64,000 nucleotides of DNA from an uncultured Acidimicrobiaceae bacterium (lineage in GTDB: Bacteria > Actinomycetota > Acidimicrobiia > Acidimicrobiales > RAAP-2). The DNA lies in NCBI GenBank assembly GCA_963812525.1, contig CAWEVL010000007.1:9-64008 (forward strand), given 5' to 3'. A program made the position numbers and the translations under genes. Below are positions 39,153 through 49,087 of this stretch, piece after piece (the stretch's first letter is position 1; the number at the start of each line of letters is the position of its first letter). Below the pieces are notes generated by a model. The model did not search any database, was not told the origin of the DNA, and saw only the letters and a list, made by a program, of their open reading frames with translations.

Positions 39153-39306
39153 TCTCGGCTGTCTGGACTTCTTCCGCCGGGGGCCCCGGTCCTTCTCGGC
39201 CCGCAGGTAGTGGTGCGAGCCCTTGAAGGGGTGGCGCAGGGAGCGGCTCACGGCATACCAGTATCCCAAGGCCCGGATGGTTTGGGTACGCGGCCCTCCC
39301 CGCCGT

Positions 39307-39849
39307 TCACCGCAGCGTCCCGGTGGAGACCGTCGAGGTGGGCACGCCCTCGGTGGAGGCCGCCGGCAGGGCCCAGCCCACCAGGCGCATGGCCGGGAGG
39401 GCCAGGACGGCATTGACCACCGACACCACCAGGACCACCCGGGTCAGATCGACGTGGATCATCTGGGGCTGTCCCAGGACCGAACCGAGGACGGCGTAGA
39501 TGACCTCGTAGAGGGCGCTGGCCCCGAAGGCGACCACGGGCGGCAGCCACCAGGCCGTGCGGTCGAGGGCCAGGGTGGTGATCCCCACGGTGAAGCCGAT
39601 GAGGCAGCCCACCAGGGCCGAGAGCCCGAACGGCGTGGGCAGGAACAGGTCGGCCACCAGTCCGGCCCCGAACCCCATGGACGCCCCCGTGCTCGGGCCG
39701 CCCACCAGGCCGGCCACCACGGGCAGGAGGACCATGATGTCGGGATGGACCGTGTCGAGACGCAGGTCCAGCATCACCGTCTGCTGCACGGTCACGAAGA
39801 GGGCCACCACCAGGGTGACCCGGGTGGCCTCGCGGACGGTCACCGGCAC
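39307..39849 (-). CDS. mreD: Rod shape-determining protein MreD
   Basis: 180-aa polytopic membrane protein immediately after mreC. Confidence 0.8.
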   Translation of the reverse strand: MPVTVREATRVTLVVALFVTVQQTVMLDLRLDTVHPDIMVLLPVVAGLVGGPSTGASMGFGAGLVADLFLPTPFGLSALVGCLIGFTVGITTLALDRTAWWLPPVVAFGASALYEVIYAVLGSVLGQPQMIHVDLTRVVLVVSVVNAVLALPAMRLVGWALPAASTEGVPTSTVSTGTLR

Positions 39850-39871
39850 TCCCCCACCGGGGCCGGGCGGC

Positions 39872-40711
39872 TCACGAGGACGGCCCGTACAGCAGCACCG
39901 AGACGTACCGGAGGTGGCTCAGGTCGGCCAGCGGCTCCAGGCTCACCGACTCCTGCGAGGCCGTCGCCCCGTTGCTGGTGGAGACCACGGTGGCCACCGG
40001 GATGTCCCCGGGGAATTCGGCGTTGGGCAGTCCGCTGGTGACGAAGACCTGGCCGGGGGTCAGCGGGGTGTTGGTGGGGACCAGGCCGGCGCTCAGCGGC
40101 TTGCCCGGCCCATGGCCGCTGATCACGGCCAGCGAGTTGGCCCCGGGCCCGAAGCGGACCCCGACCTGGGACTGACCGTCGGTGATCAGCCGGACGGTGG
40201 AGGTGGAGTGGTTGGCCTGCACCACCTGGCCGACCAGGCCGCCCATCCCCACCACCGGCATGTTGAGCTGGACCCCGTCGTCCCGGCCGACGCTGATGTC
40301 CACTGTGGCGGCGAAGTCGCTGGTCCCGAAGTTGGTGACCTCCGCCGGCACCGTCTCGAGGTTGCCCACGAAGGGCAGGTGGGCGAGCGCGCTCAGCTGC
40401 TTCAGCCGCTGCTCGGTGTCGACCTGGACCGTCCGCTGCCCTCGGAGCTGGTCGATCTCGGCCTGCAGCTTCTGGTTCTGTTGGCGGACGGCGCCGTAGT
40501 GGACCGCCCCGGCCAGGAAGCTGCCCACCGGCTCGATGACGTCGTCGACCCCGGAGCGCACCGGGGCGAAGGCGTCGGCGGCCACCGTGCGCAGCCCCGA
40601 GGTGATCCGGTGGAAGCCGCCGCGGGCGTCCAGGGTGATGATGGTGAGCGCCACCAGGACCAGGATCAGGAGCGTGGTACGGGGGCGGCGGGATCGCCGC
40701 GGCGTCGCCAC
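39872..40711 (-). CDS. mreC: Rod shape-determining protein MreC
   Basis: N-terminal TM, a coiled coil (NQKLQAEIDQLRGQ) and a beta-rich C-terminal domain. Confidence 0.85.
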   Translation of the reverse strand: MATPRRSRRPRTTLLILVLVALTIITLDARGGFHRITSGLRTVAADAFAPVRSGVDDVIEPVGSFLAGAVHYGAVRQQNQKLQAEIDQLRGQRTVQVDTEQRLKQLSALAHLPFVGNLETVPAEVTNFGTSDFAATVDISVGRDDGVQLNMPVVGMGGLVGQVVQANHSTSTVRLITDGQSQVGVRFGPGANSLAVISGHGPGKPLSAGLVPTNTPLTPGQVFVTSGLPNAEFPGDIPVATVVSTSNGATASQESVSLEPLADLSHLRYVSVLLYGPSS

Positions 40712-40733
40712 AGGAGACGAGCCCTCCGGTCGT

Positions 40734-41765
40734 TCAGCGAGCCGAGGAGGTGATGAGGACCTGCTTGAGGGCCTCGAACTCCTCGAGGCACTGCCCGCTG
40801 CCTATGGCCACGCAGTTCAAGGGGTCGCGGGCCACCACGATGGGCATGCCCGTCTCCTGGGTGAGGCGGCTGTCCAGGCCGTGCAGCAGGGCCCCGCCAC
40901 CGGTGAGGACGATCCCCTGCTCCATGATGTCGGCGGCCAGCTCCGGTGGGGTGCGGTCGAGGGTCACCTTGACGGCGTCGACGATGGCCGAGACCGGCTC
41001 GTCGATGGCCTTGCGGATCTCCTGGGTCGAGATGACCACGGTCTTGGGCAGGCCGGTCACCAGGTCACGGCCCCGGATCTCGGCGTGGAGCTCCTCCTCG
41101 AGCTCGTACGCCGAGCCCAGGGCGATCTTGATCTCCTCCGCCGTGCGCTCCCCGAGGGCCAGGCTGTACTCCTTCTTCACGAAGGACACGATGGCCTCGT
41201 CCAACTCGTCACCGCCGATCCGGATGGACTGGCTGGTGACGATGCCACCGAGGGAGATGACCGCCACCTCGGTGGTGCCGCCGCCGATGTCGACCACCAT
41301 GTTGCCGGTGGGCTCGTGCACCGGCAGGCCGGCACCGATGGCCGCGGCCATGGGCTCCTCGATGATGTAGGCCTTCCGGGCCCCGGCGTACTCGGCCGCC
41401 TCCATCACGGCCCGCTGCTCCACGCCGGTGATGCCCGAGGGGACGCAGATGACCATGCGGGGCTTGGCGAAGCGACGCTGGTGGACCCGGTGGATGAAGT
41501 AGCGGAGCATCTTCTCGCAGATCTCGAAGTCGGCGATGACGCCGTCCTTCAGCGGGCGGATGGCCTGGATGTGGCTGGGCGTGCGCCCGATCATCCGCTT
41601 GGCCTCGGCCCCCACGGCCAGCGGCCGACCGTCCTTCACGTTGACCGCCACCACCGAGGGCTCGTTGAGCACGATGCCCCGGCCCCGCACGTACACCAGG
41701 GTGTTGGCGGTGCCCAGATCGACTGCCATGTCTCGGCCTAGCAGTGAGAAACCATTGTCGCGCAT
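40734..41765 (-). CDS. mreB: Rod shape-determining actin homologue MreB
   Basis: [25 protein letters not shown]...[14 protein letters not shown] at 41765 with GGAGGAG upstream. The track ORF extends further upstream. Confidence 0.95.
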   Translation of the reverse strand: MRDNGFSLLGRDMAVDLGTANTLVYVRGRGIVLNEPSVVAVNVKDGRPLAVGAEAKRMIGRTPSHIQAIRPLKDGVIADFEICEKMLRYFIHRVHQRRFAKPRMVICVPSGITGVEQRAVMEAAEYAGARKAYIIEEPMAAAIGAGLPVHEPTGNMVVDIGGGTTEVAVISLGGIVTSQSIRIGGDELDEAIVSFVKKEYSLALGERTAEEIKIALGSAYELEEELHAEIRGRDLVTGLPKTVVISTQEIRKAIDEPVSAIVDAVKVTLDRTPPELAADIMEQGIVLTGGGALLHGLDSRLTQETGMPIVVARDPLNCVAIGSGQCLEEFEALKQVLITSSAR

Positions 41766-42028
41766 CAGAGATGCACTCCTCCGTCGATGTTCGGTCGGGA
41801 CGTGGCGAGTGCGGATGACCACACTGGCGTTCCGCTGGACGTGCCGGTGCCGTCGTCCGGGTTCGTCGAGGAGGGCGGCATCTGCCTTCAGGCTACGGGA
41901 ATCGGGGGGTGGGCACAAGGTCGCCCCGGGGAGTGCCGCTCCGGCGTGCACCCCAAACTCCAGGTCAACGGGTGTCCCGGTCCGGGGGCCGGGGCGCCAG
42001 AGGAGCCGGGGCGCCGAGCCCGGGGGGG

Positions 42029-42439
42029 TCAGGCCAGGTCCGGGAAGAACAGGGCGATCTCCCGCTCCGCCGACTCCGGGGCATCGGAGCCGTGGACCAG
42101 GTTCTCCCCGGTCTCGATGGCCAGGTCGCCGCGGATGGTGCCGGGGGCGGCCTCGACCGGGTTGGTGGCCCCCATCAGGGTGCGCACCACCTTGTAGGTG
42201 TCGTCCGGTCCCTCGACCACCATGGCCACCACCGGCGAGCGGGTGATGAAGGCCACCAGGTCCTCGAAGAACGGTTTGCCCTCGTGCTCGACGTAGTGGA
42301 CCGAGGCCACCTCGGTGGTGACGGTCCGGTGCTCCACGGCGGCCAGGGTCAGACCCTTGCGCTCGATCCGGCTGATGATCTCGCCCACCAGGCCGCGTTC
42401 GACGGCGTCGGGCTTGCAGATGACAAGTGTTCGTCCCAC
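42029..42439 (-). CDS. ndk: Nucleoside diphosphate kinase
   Basis: [20 protein letters not shown]...NLVHGSD. Confidence 0.95.
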   Translation of the reverse strand: MGRTLVICKPDAVERGLVGEIISRIERKGLTLAAVEHRTVTTEVASVHYVEHEGKPFFEDLVAFITRSPVVAMVVEGPDDTYKVVRTLMGATNPVEAAPGTIRGDLAIETGENLVHGSDAPESAEREIALFFPDLA

Positions 42440-42500
42440 GAGCGAGGCAGGCTAGCCGACGCCCCGGCTCACGCCGTGCCGCGCCCGCAGCCGACCGTGG

Positions 42501-43850
42501 TCAGGCGGCGTCGTGGGCCAGCAGCCGGCGGGCCTCGGCCACCACGTACAGGGATCCGCACACCACGATCCGGTCGTCGGGTCCGGCCCGGCCCAGGGCC
42601 AGGGCCACGGCCTCGGCGGGAGACCCGGCCAGGGCGGTCTGCATGCCCAGTCCCGAGGCGGCCTCGGCCACGGCCTGGACCGGCAGGGCCCGCGGGGAGT
42701 CCGGGGCGCAGGCCACGACCGACCGGATGCCCGCCCCCAGCAGCGCCTCCAGCATGGCCACGGGATCGCGGCCCGAGAGCATGCCCACCACGGCCTGGGC
42801 CTCGCCCTCGACGGCGAACTCCTCGACCAGCGAACGGGCCAGCACCAGCATGCCGGCCACATTGTGCGCACCGTCCACCACCACCAGGGGGTGGCGGCCC
42901 ACCACTTCCAGACGCCCGGGCACCTGGACCGAGGCGAACGCCTCCTCGACGACCTCCTCGTGGAGCGGTGACCCGAAGAACGCCTCGACCGCCGCCAGGG
43001 CCGCCGAGGCGTTGTCCCCCTGGTGGGACCCGTGGAGCGGCACCAGCAGCTCGCCGTAGGCCGCGCCCGGGGTGCGCACGTCGATGAGGCGTCCACCCAC
43101 GGCCAACCGGTTGGAGGTGCAGGCGAAGTCGTTGCCGCGGACCCAGACCTCGGCGGCGCCGACGGCGCCGGCCGCCCGGCGCAGCTGTCCGACGAGCGTC
43201 GGATCGGACTCGCCGATGACCACCCGGCTGCCCACCTTGAAGATGCCCGACTTGTCGCCGGCGATGTCCTCCAGGGTGGGGCCCAGCACCTCGGTGTGGT
43301 CGAAGCTGACGTTGGTCAGGACCGCCACCTCGGCGTCCACGACGTTGGTGCAGTCCCAGCGACCGCCCAGACCCACCTCCACCACGGCCACGTCCACCGC
43401 CTCGTCGGCGAACCAGGCCAGGGCGGCGGCGGTGAGGAGCTCGAAGCGGGTGGGTGGGTCGTCCATCAGGTGCTCGAGACGGGCCAGGGCCTCGAGCACC
43501 TCCACGAAGGCGGTGTCGTCGATGGGCTCGCCGTTCCGGGACAGGCGCTCGTTGACCCGGGTCAGGTTGGGGCTGGTGTACGTGCCCACGGTGAGCCCCC
43601 GGGCGCCGAGCAGCGCGGTGGCCATCGCCGCCGTCGAGCCCTTCCCGTTGGTACCGGTGATGTGCAGCGAAGGGAAGGCCTGCTGGGGATCGCCCAGCAG
43701 GGCGACCAGGGCCCGCATCCCGTCCAGGCTGGGCAGGGCCCGCCGCGTGGGCATGGTCGACTCGAAGTCGATGTGGGAGTCCAACCAGGCCAGGGCCTCG
43801 GGAAGATCGTCGAAGGGCACGGTGGGGAGCAGGACGGCCGAGTACCGCAT
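42501..43850 (-). CDS. folC: Folylpolyglutamate synthase / dihydrofolate synthase
   Basis: HITGTNGKGST P-loop and Mur-ligase architecture. Confidence 0.9.
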   Translation of the reverse strand: MRYSAVLLPTVPFDDLPEALAWLDSHIDFESTMPTRRALPSLDGMRALVALLGDPQQAFPSLHITGTNGKGSTAAMATALLGARGLTVGTYTSPNLTRVNERLSRNGEPIDDTAFVEVLEALARLEHLMDDPPTRFELLTAAALAWFADEAVDVAVVEVGLGGRWDCTNVVDAEVAVLTNVSFDHTEVLGPTLEDIAGDKSGIFKVGSRVVIGESDPTLVGQLRRAAGAVGAAEVWVRGNDFACTSNRLAVGGRLIDVRTPGAAYGELLVPLHGSHQGDNASAALAAVEAFFGSPLHEEVVEEAFASVQVPGRLEVVGRHPLVVVDGAHNVAGMLVLARSLVEEFAVEGEAQAVVGMLSGRDPVAMLEALLGAGIRSVVACAPDSPRALPVQAVAEAASGLGMQTALAGSPAEAVALALGRAGPDDRIVVCGSLYVVAEARRLLAHDAA

Positions 43851-43881
43851 CGACGCACGGGTGGCGCCGGGCGGCCGACCT

Positions 43882-45165
43882 CTAGGAGGCGGCCCTGCGG
43901 CTCCGGGTGGACTTGGCCGGGGGGCTGTTCAGCGGCACCAGGGTGGGGTGGACCTTGTCGAGCACCACGGCCCGGTCCACCACGCACTTGGAGATATCGG
44001 TACGGCTGGGAAGGTCGTACATCACCTCGAGCAGCACCTCCTCCAGGATGGCCCGCAGGCCCCGGGCCCCGGTCCCCCGCAGCAGGGCCTGCTCGGCCAC
44101 GGCCTCGAGGGCGTCGTCGGTGAGCTCGAGCTCGATGTGGTCCAGTTCGAAGGTCCGCTTGTACTGACGGGTCAGTGCGTTCTTCGGCTCGACGAGGATC
44201 TGGATGAGCGCGTCCTTGTAGAGGTGGGAGACCGCGCTGACCACGGGGAGGCGCCCGATGAACTCGGGGATCAGCCCGAACTTCATGAGGTCCTCGGGGA
44301 GCACGTGGCGCAGCAGCTCCGAGTCGTCCCGCTCGGCCGCCTTGCGCACCTCGGCCCGGAAGCCCATGCCCTTCCGGCCGATGCGGTTCTCGATGATGGT
44401 GTCGATGCCGGCGAAGGCCCCGCCGCAGATGAACAGGATGTTGGTGGTGTCGATCTGGATGAACTCTTGATGGGGGTGCTTGCGTCCGCCCTGGGGCGGC
44501 ACCGACGCCGTGGTGCCCTCGAGGATCTTCAGCAGCGCCTGCTGGACGCCCTCACCGGACACGTCCCGGGTGATCGACGGGTTCTCCGACTTCCGGGCGA
44601 TCTTGTCGATCTCGTCGATGTAGATGATGCCGGTCTCCGCCCGCTTCACGTCGTAGTCGGCGGCCTGGATGAGCTTGAGGAGGATGTTCTCGACGTCCTC
44701 CCCCACGTAGCCGGCCTCGGTCAGGGCGGTGGCGTCGGCGATGGCGAAGGGCACGTTGAGCATGCGGGCCAGCGTCTGGGCCAGCAGCGTCTTGCCGCAT
44801 CCGGTGGGGCCCAGCAGGAGGATGTTCGACTTGGCCAGCTCGACCTCGTTGTCGTGGGAGCCGTTGCTCCCGGCCTGGACCCGCTTGTAGTGGTTGTAGA
44901 CGGCCACCGACAGGATCTTCTTGGCGTACTCCTGGCCGATGACGTAGTCGTTCAGGAACTCGAAGATCTCCTTGGGCTTGGGCAGCTCCTCGAAGGACAG
45001 CTCGGTGGTGTCGGCCAGCTCCTCGGCGATGATGTCGTTGCACAGCTCGATGCACTCGTCGCAGATGTAGACACCGGGTCCGGCGATCAGCTTCTTGACC
45101 TGCTTCTGGGACTTGCCGCAGAAGCTGCACTTCACCAGATCGCCACCGTCTCCGAACTTCGCCAC
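43882..45165 (-). CDS. clpX: ATP-dependent Clp protease ATP-binding subunit ClpX
   Basis: Zinc finger CSFCGK...CDEC and Walker A GPTGCGKT. Confidence 0.97.
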   Translation of the reverse strand: MAKFGDGGDLVKCSFCGKSQKQVKKLIAGPGVYICDECIELCNDIIAEELADTTELSFEELPKPKEIFEFLNDYVIGQEYAKKILSVAVYNHYKRVQAGSNGSHDNEVELAKSNILLLGPTGCGKTLLAQTLARMLNVPFAIADATALTEAGYVGEDVENILLKLIQAADYDVKRAETGIIYIDEIDKIARKSENPSITRDVSGEGVQQALLKILEGTTASVPPQGGRKHPHQEFIQIDTTNILFICGGAFAGIDTIIENRIGRKGMGFRAEVRKAAERDDSELLRHVLPEDLMKFGLIPEFIGRLPVVSAVSHLYKDALIQILVEPKNALTRQYKRTFELDHIELELTDDALEAVAEQALLRGTGARGLRAILEEVLLEVMYDLPSRTDISKCVVDRAVVLDKVHPTLVPLNSPPAKSTRSRRAAS

Positions 45166-45366
45166 GTCGGTTCCTCGTGTCCTTCTGTCAGTGCACCCTG
45201 TTGGTCATCCGTGCCGCCCGTCCGTGCGTCCCGTGGGTCGCCCGTCCGGTCTCGGCCCCCTGCCGTCCCCCGGCCCCGATGACCGTCGGCCGGCCCGTCG
45301 TGCCGTCCCCCAACCCTAGCGGCTGGCTCGTGGTGTGACGGTCTGCCGGTCCCGGGACCCCTGGGC

Positions 45367-45993
<627 letters not shown>

Positions 45994-46016
45994 CGTTCTG
46001 ATTCCTTCCGTGGCAC

Positions 46017-47360
46017 TCACTCGGAGTCCTCCTCACCCTGGTTCACCAGCAGGTCGTCCCGGGACACGGGATTCCCCTCCTCGTCGACCAACTCGACGTT
46101 GTCGACCAGCCAGCGCATGGCCTTCGCTTTGCGCCGGTCCGAGCGTACCGCCGGAAGGCGTCCGGCCCGTTCCAACTGCTCTCGGACCTCGTCGGCGTCC
46201 ATTTCGAGGCGCTCGCCCATGGCGGCCAGTTCCTCGGCCAGCTCCTCGTCGGTGACCTCGATCTCCTCCTCCTCCACCAGGGCCCGGAGGGCCAGGTCGA
46301 CCTTCACGCTCTGGAGGGCACCCACCCGGAGCTCGTCGAGGAACTCCTGTTCGTCGCGCCCGGTGGCCCCGAGGAACTGGCCCAGGCTCATGCCCTGGGC
46401 GTCGAGGCGGTGGTTGAGGTCGTGGATGCGCTCGCGGAGCTCCTCCAGCACCAGCTGCTCGGGGATCTCCTCGGTCACCAGCTCCACCAGGGCCTCGGCC
46501 GTCTTCTGCTGCAGGGACATCTGGGCCTGGGCGACATGCCGCTGGCGCAGCCGCTCCGTGACGTCGGCGGTCAGCGCCTCGGCCGTGGCGAACTCGGAGG
46601 CCTCGGCGGCCCACTCGTCGGTCACCTCGGGGAGGACCAGCTCCTTCACGTCCTTGACCAGGACCTTGAAGGTGACCGTCTGGCCGAGCCCCTCCAAGGG
46701 AGTGTCGAAGGTCAGGATGTCGCCGGTCTTGGCCCCGCGCAGCTGGTCGTCGAGCTCGGGGACCACGGTCCCACTCCCCACCTCGTAGAGGAAGTCCTGG
46801 GCATCGAGATCGGAGTCGTCACCGTCCCCACCCTCGGGGCGAGTGCCGTGGATGTCGATGGTCAGCTGGTCACCGTCCTGGGCCGGCCGGGACACCTCGA
46901 CCAGCTCCCCCGAGGTGGCCCGGAGCCGGTCGATCTGGGAAGCGACCTCCTCGTCGGTGACCTCGAGGCTGGGCAGGGTGACCACCAGGCCCTGGTAGCC
47001 GGGGATGCCCACGGTGGGGCGGACCAGTACCACGGCGTCGAAGCTGACCGGACCCGACTCGTCGCCCGAGGTGATGTCGATCTCCGGCTGGTCGATGGGG
47101 TCGACCTCGGTGTCGCTCACGGCCTGGGCGTAGAAGTCGGGAAGGGCTTCACGGAGGGCCTCGCCCCGCAGGGCCGACGCCCCGCCCATGCGGGCCTCGA
47201 TCACCCGGCGGGGCACCTTGCCGGGACGGAACCCGGGGACCCGGACCTCCCGGGACAAGCGGCGCATCACCTCGTCGAGGGCCTTGTCGATCTCGGCCTC
47301 GTCGATCTCGACCGACAGACGGACCTTGTTGCCCTCCTCGGGCGCAGCTGTGGCTCGCAT
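46017..47360 (-). CDS. tig: Trigger factor
   Basis: [16 protein letters not shown] motif and the conserved tig-clpP-clpX order. Confidence 0.9.
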   Translation of the reverse strand: MRATAAPEEGNKVRLSVEIDEAEIDKALDEVMRRLSREVRVPGFRPGKVPRRVIEARMGGASALRGEALREALPDFYAQAVSDTEVDPIDQPEIDITSGDESGPVSFDAVVLVRPTVGIPGYQGLVVTLPSLEVTDEEVASQIDRLRATSGELVEVSRPAQDGDQLTIDIHGTRPEGGDGDDSDLDAQDFLYEVGSGTVVPELDDQLRGAKTGDILTFDTPLEGLGQTVTFKVLVKDVKELVLPEVTDEWAAEASEFATAEALTADVTERLRQRHVAQAQMSLQQKTAEALVELVTEEIPEQLVLEELRERIHDLNHRLDAQGMSLGQFLGATGRDEQEFLDELRVGALQSVKVDLALRALVEEEEIEVTDEELAEELAAMGERLEMDADEVREQLERAGRLPAVRSDRRKAKAMRWLVDNVELVDEEGNPVSRDDLLVNQGEEDSE

Positions 47361-47419
47361 ACGAATAGGTGAGTGTACTGGCCCGGGGGGTCCGAACTTT
47401 CCGCGCCGTCCCGCCCCTG

Positions 47420-47435
47420 CCCACCGGCCGGTGGG
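47420..47435 (-). terminator. 16-nt perfect GC palindrome (cccaccggccggtggg) 25 nt downstream of the stop at 47460
   Basis: Read directly. It is the same style as the hairpin at 10..27. Confidence 0.4.
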
Positions 47436-47459
47436 ACGACCACCGCGGGTCCGGGGGGT

Positions 47460-48287
47460 TCACATCATGAAGTTCAGCGCGGCCAGCACCCGGCGGCCCA
47501 GCTCGACGTCGCCCTCGACGGAGACCGATCCCGGAGAGTCGACATCGGTCCCCACCCGTCCGTAGCACCGTCGCCAGAACTCGTCCTGCTCCAGGGTCAG
47601 GGTCACCGTCGGCGGCTCGGCCGGGGGCACCGGCCGCAGCGAGGCCCGGCCGCCCTCCACCGAGACCAGGAGGTGCCGTCCGAGCACGCCGTTGACGGCG
47701 AACATCACCGACGTGCCGTCGGGGGGCGCCACCTTCTTTCCCACCACGAAGGGCATGGCCTGCTCACACCGGTCCAGGACGACCCGCTCGCCGACCCCGT
47801 TGCGCCCTCCCGGTCGTCCCAGGGCTCTCCGAATATCCTGCTCGTGGGCCCAGGTGTCGAGGATCCGGGTGACCATGAACTCGCGGTAGGGCACGTCGCC
47901 CACCGGGCTCCACCCCACCGTGTCGAACTGGTCGGCGGTCATGGCCATGAGGGCGTCGATCCGCCGGTTGGTGGTGTCGACGAACTCGGCCAGCACCTCC
48001 GAGCCGGGCACACTCCGCCGGGCCGCTACCCAGGTCTCGTTGATCTCCCCGAACGGGTTGCGGACGTGGGTCGGGACCTCGGTCAGGGCCGGGGGCGACG
48101 GGTCGCCCAGCAGTATCCGTTCGATCCCGATGAGATGGGACAGGTTGTCCTTGACCGACCAGCCGGGACAGTCGGTGGGACGGCCCCACTGCTCGTCGTC
48201 CAGCTGCTCGCAGGCGGTGACGACCGACGCCCACACCTCGGTGAGCTCGTCGATGACCGGTTCACCCGTGCCCTGCCGACCTGGCAT
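47460..48287 (-). CDS. Maleylpyruvate isomerase-family, mycothiol-dependent (DinB-like) enzyme
   Basis: N-terminal WGRPTDCPGWSVKDNLSHLIG pattern of the TIGR03083-type family. Confidence 0.8.
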   Translation of the reverse strand: MPGRQGTGEPVIDELTEVWASVVTACEQLDDEQWGRPTDCPGWSVKDNLSHLIGIERILLGDPSPPALTEVPTHVRNPFGEINETWVAARRSVPGSEVLAEFVDTTNRRIDALMAMTADQFDTVGWSPVGDVPYREFMVTRILDTWAHEQDIRRALGRPGGRNGVGERVVLDRCEQAMPFVVGKKVAPPDGTSVMFAVNGVLGRHLLVSVEGGRASLRPVPPAEPPTVTLTLEQDEFWRRCYGRVGTDVDSPGSVSVEGDVELGRRVLAALNFMM

Positions 48288-48368
48288 GTGCTCCCCCTTG
48301 TTCCTGGTTCAGGTGCTCGGGTGGTGGCGACCCGATGCCGGTCACGCCGCGAAAGTGCGGCAGGTCGG

Positions 48369-48857
48369 TCAGCCCGGCAGGTTCGCCTCGATGGCGTCGG
48401 TCACCTCGGGTGCCTCGGGATCCACCATGGGGCGGAACCGCTGCACGACCTCGCCTTCCGGGGACACCAGGAACTTCTCGAAGTTCCACTGGATGTCCCC
48501 CGCCTCGCCCTCGGCGTCGGGTACCGCGGTGAGCTCGTCGTAGACCGGATGGCGGTGCTCCCCGTTGACCTCCACCTTGGCGAACAGGGGGAAGGTCACC
48601 CCGTACGTCGTCGAGCAGAACGTGGCGATCTCCTCGGAGGTTCCGGGCTCCTGTTCACCGAACTGGTTGCAGGGGAAGCCCAGCACGGTGAACCCCTTGT
48701 CGCCGTAGGTCTTCTGCAGACGCTCCAACCCTTCGTACTGGGGGGTCAGACCGCACTTGGAGGCCACGTTGACCACGAGCAGGGCCTTGCCCCGGTAGTC
48801 GCCCAGCGAGGTCGGAGCGCCGGCGAGTGATTGAAGAGGGGGGTCATAGATGCTCAT
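48369..48857 (-). CDS. Glutathione peroxidase family protein
   Basis: VVNVASKCGLTPQY...GFPCNQFGEQEPG. Confidence 0.9.
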   Translation of the reverse strand: MSIYDPPLQSLAGAPTSLGDYRGKALLVVNVASKCGLTPQYEGLERLQKTYGDKGFTVLGFPCNQFGEQEPGTSEEIATFCSTTYGVTFPLFAKVEVNGEHRHPVYDELTAVPDAEGEAGDIQWNFEKFLVSPEGEVVQRFRPMVDPEAPEVTDAIEANLPG

Positions 48858-48951
48858 GGGGCGAGTCTAGACACCGAGGTCACCGGCCGACCCGATCCAC
48901 CACCCGACGTCGGACGACGCGCGATCTCCGGCCGGCGGCCCGCCCCGATTC

Positions 48952-48973
48952 GGATTGCAGACCGGGGCAATCC
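48952..48973. promoter_or_regulatory. Inverted repeat GGATTGC-N8-GCAATCC in the divergent intergenic region between the gpx-like gene and the GGDEF-EAL gene
   Basis: 7-bp arms read directly, lying in a locally lower-GC patch. Confidence 0.2.
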
Positions 48974-49087
48974 TGCATCCAGCTGGGCAATTGTGCAGTT
49001 AAGAAACCCCCCGGACTGGTCGATGATAGGAGGGGCCGAGGGCAGCTTCGAGCTGCGGTGCCGGTGCCGAGGGGTGAATGACCAGCA

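Noticed and set aside
45166-45366. 200-nt clpP-clpX spacer as a candidate ncRNA or small ORF.
   Set aside because: There is no convincing ORF with an RBS, no strong structure and no promoter-like low-GC patch. It is most simply a long intergenic or 5' leader region.
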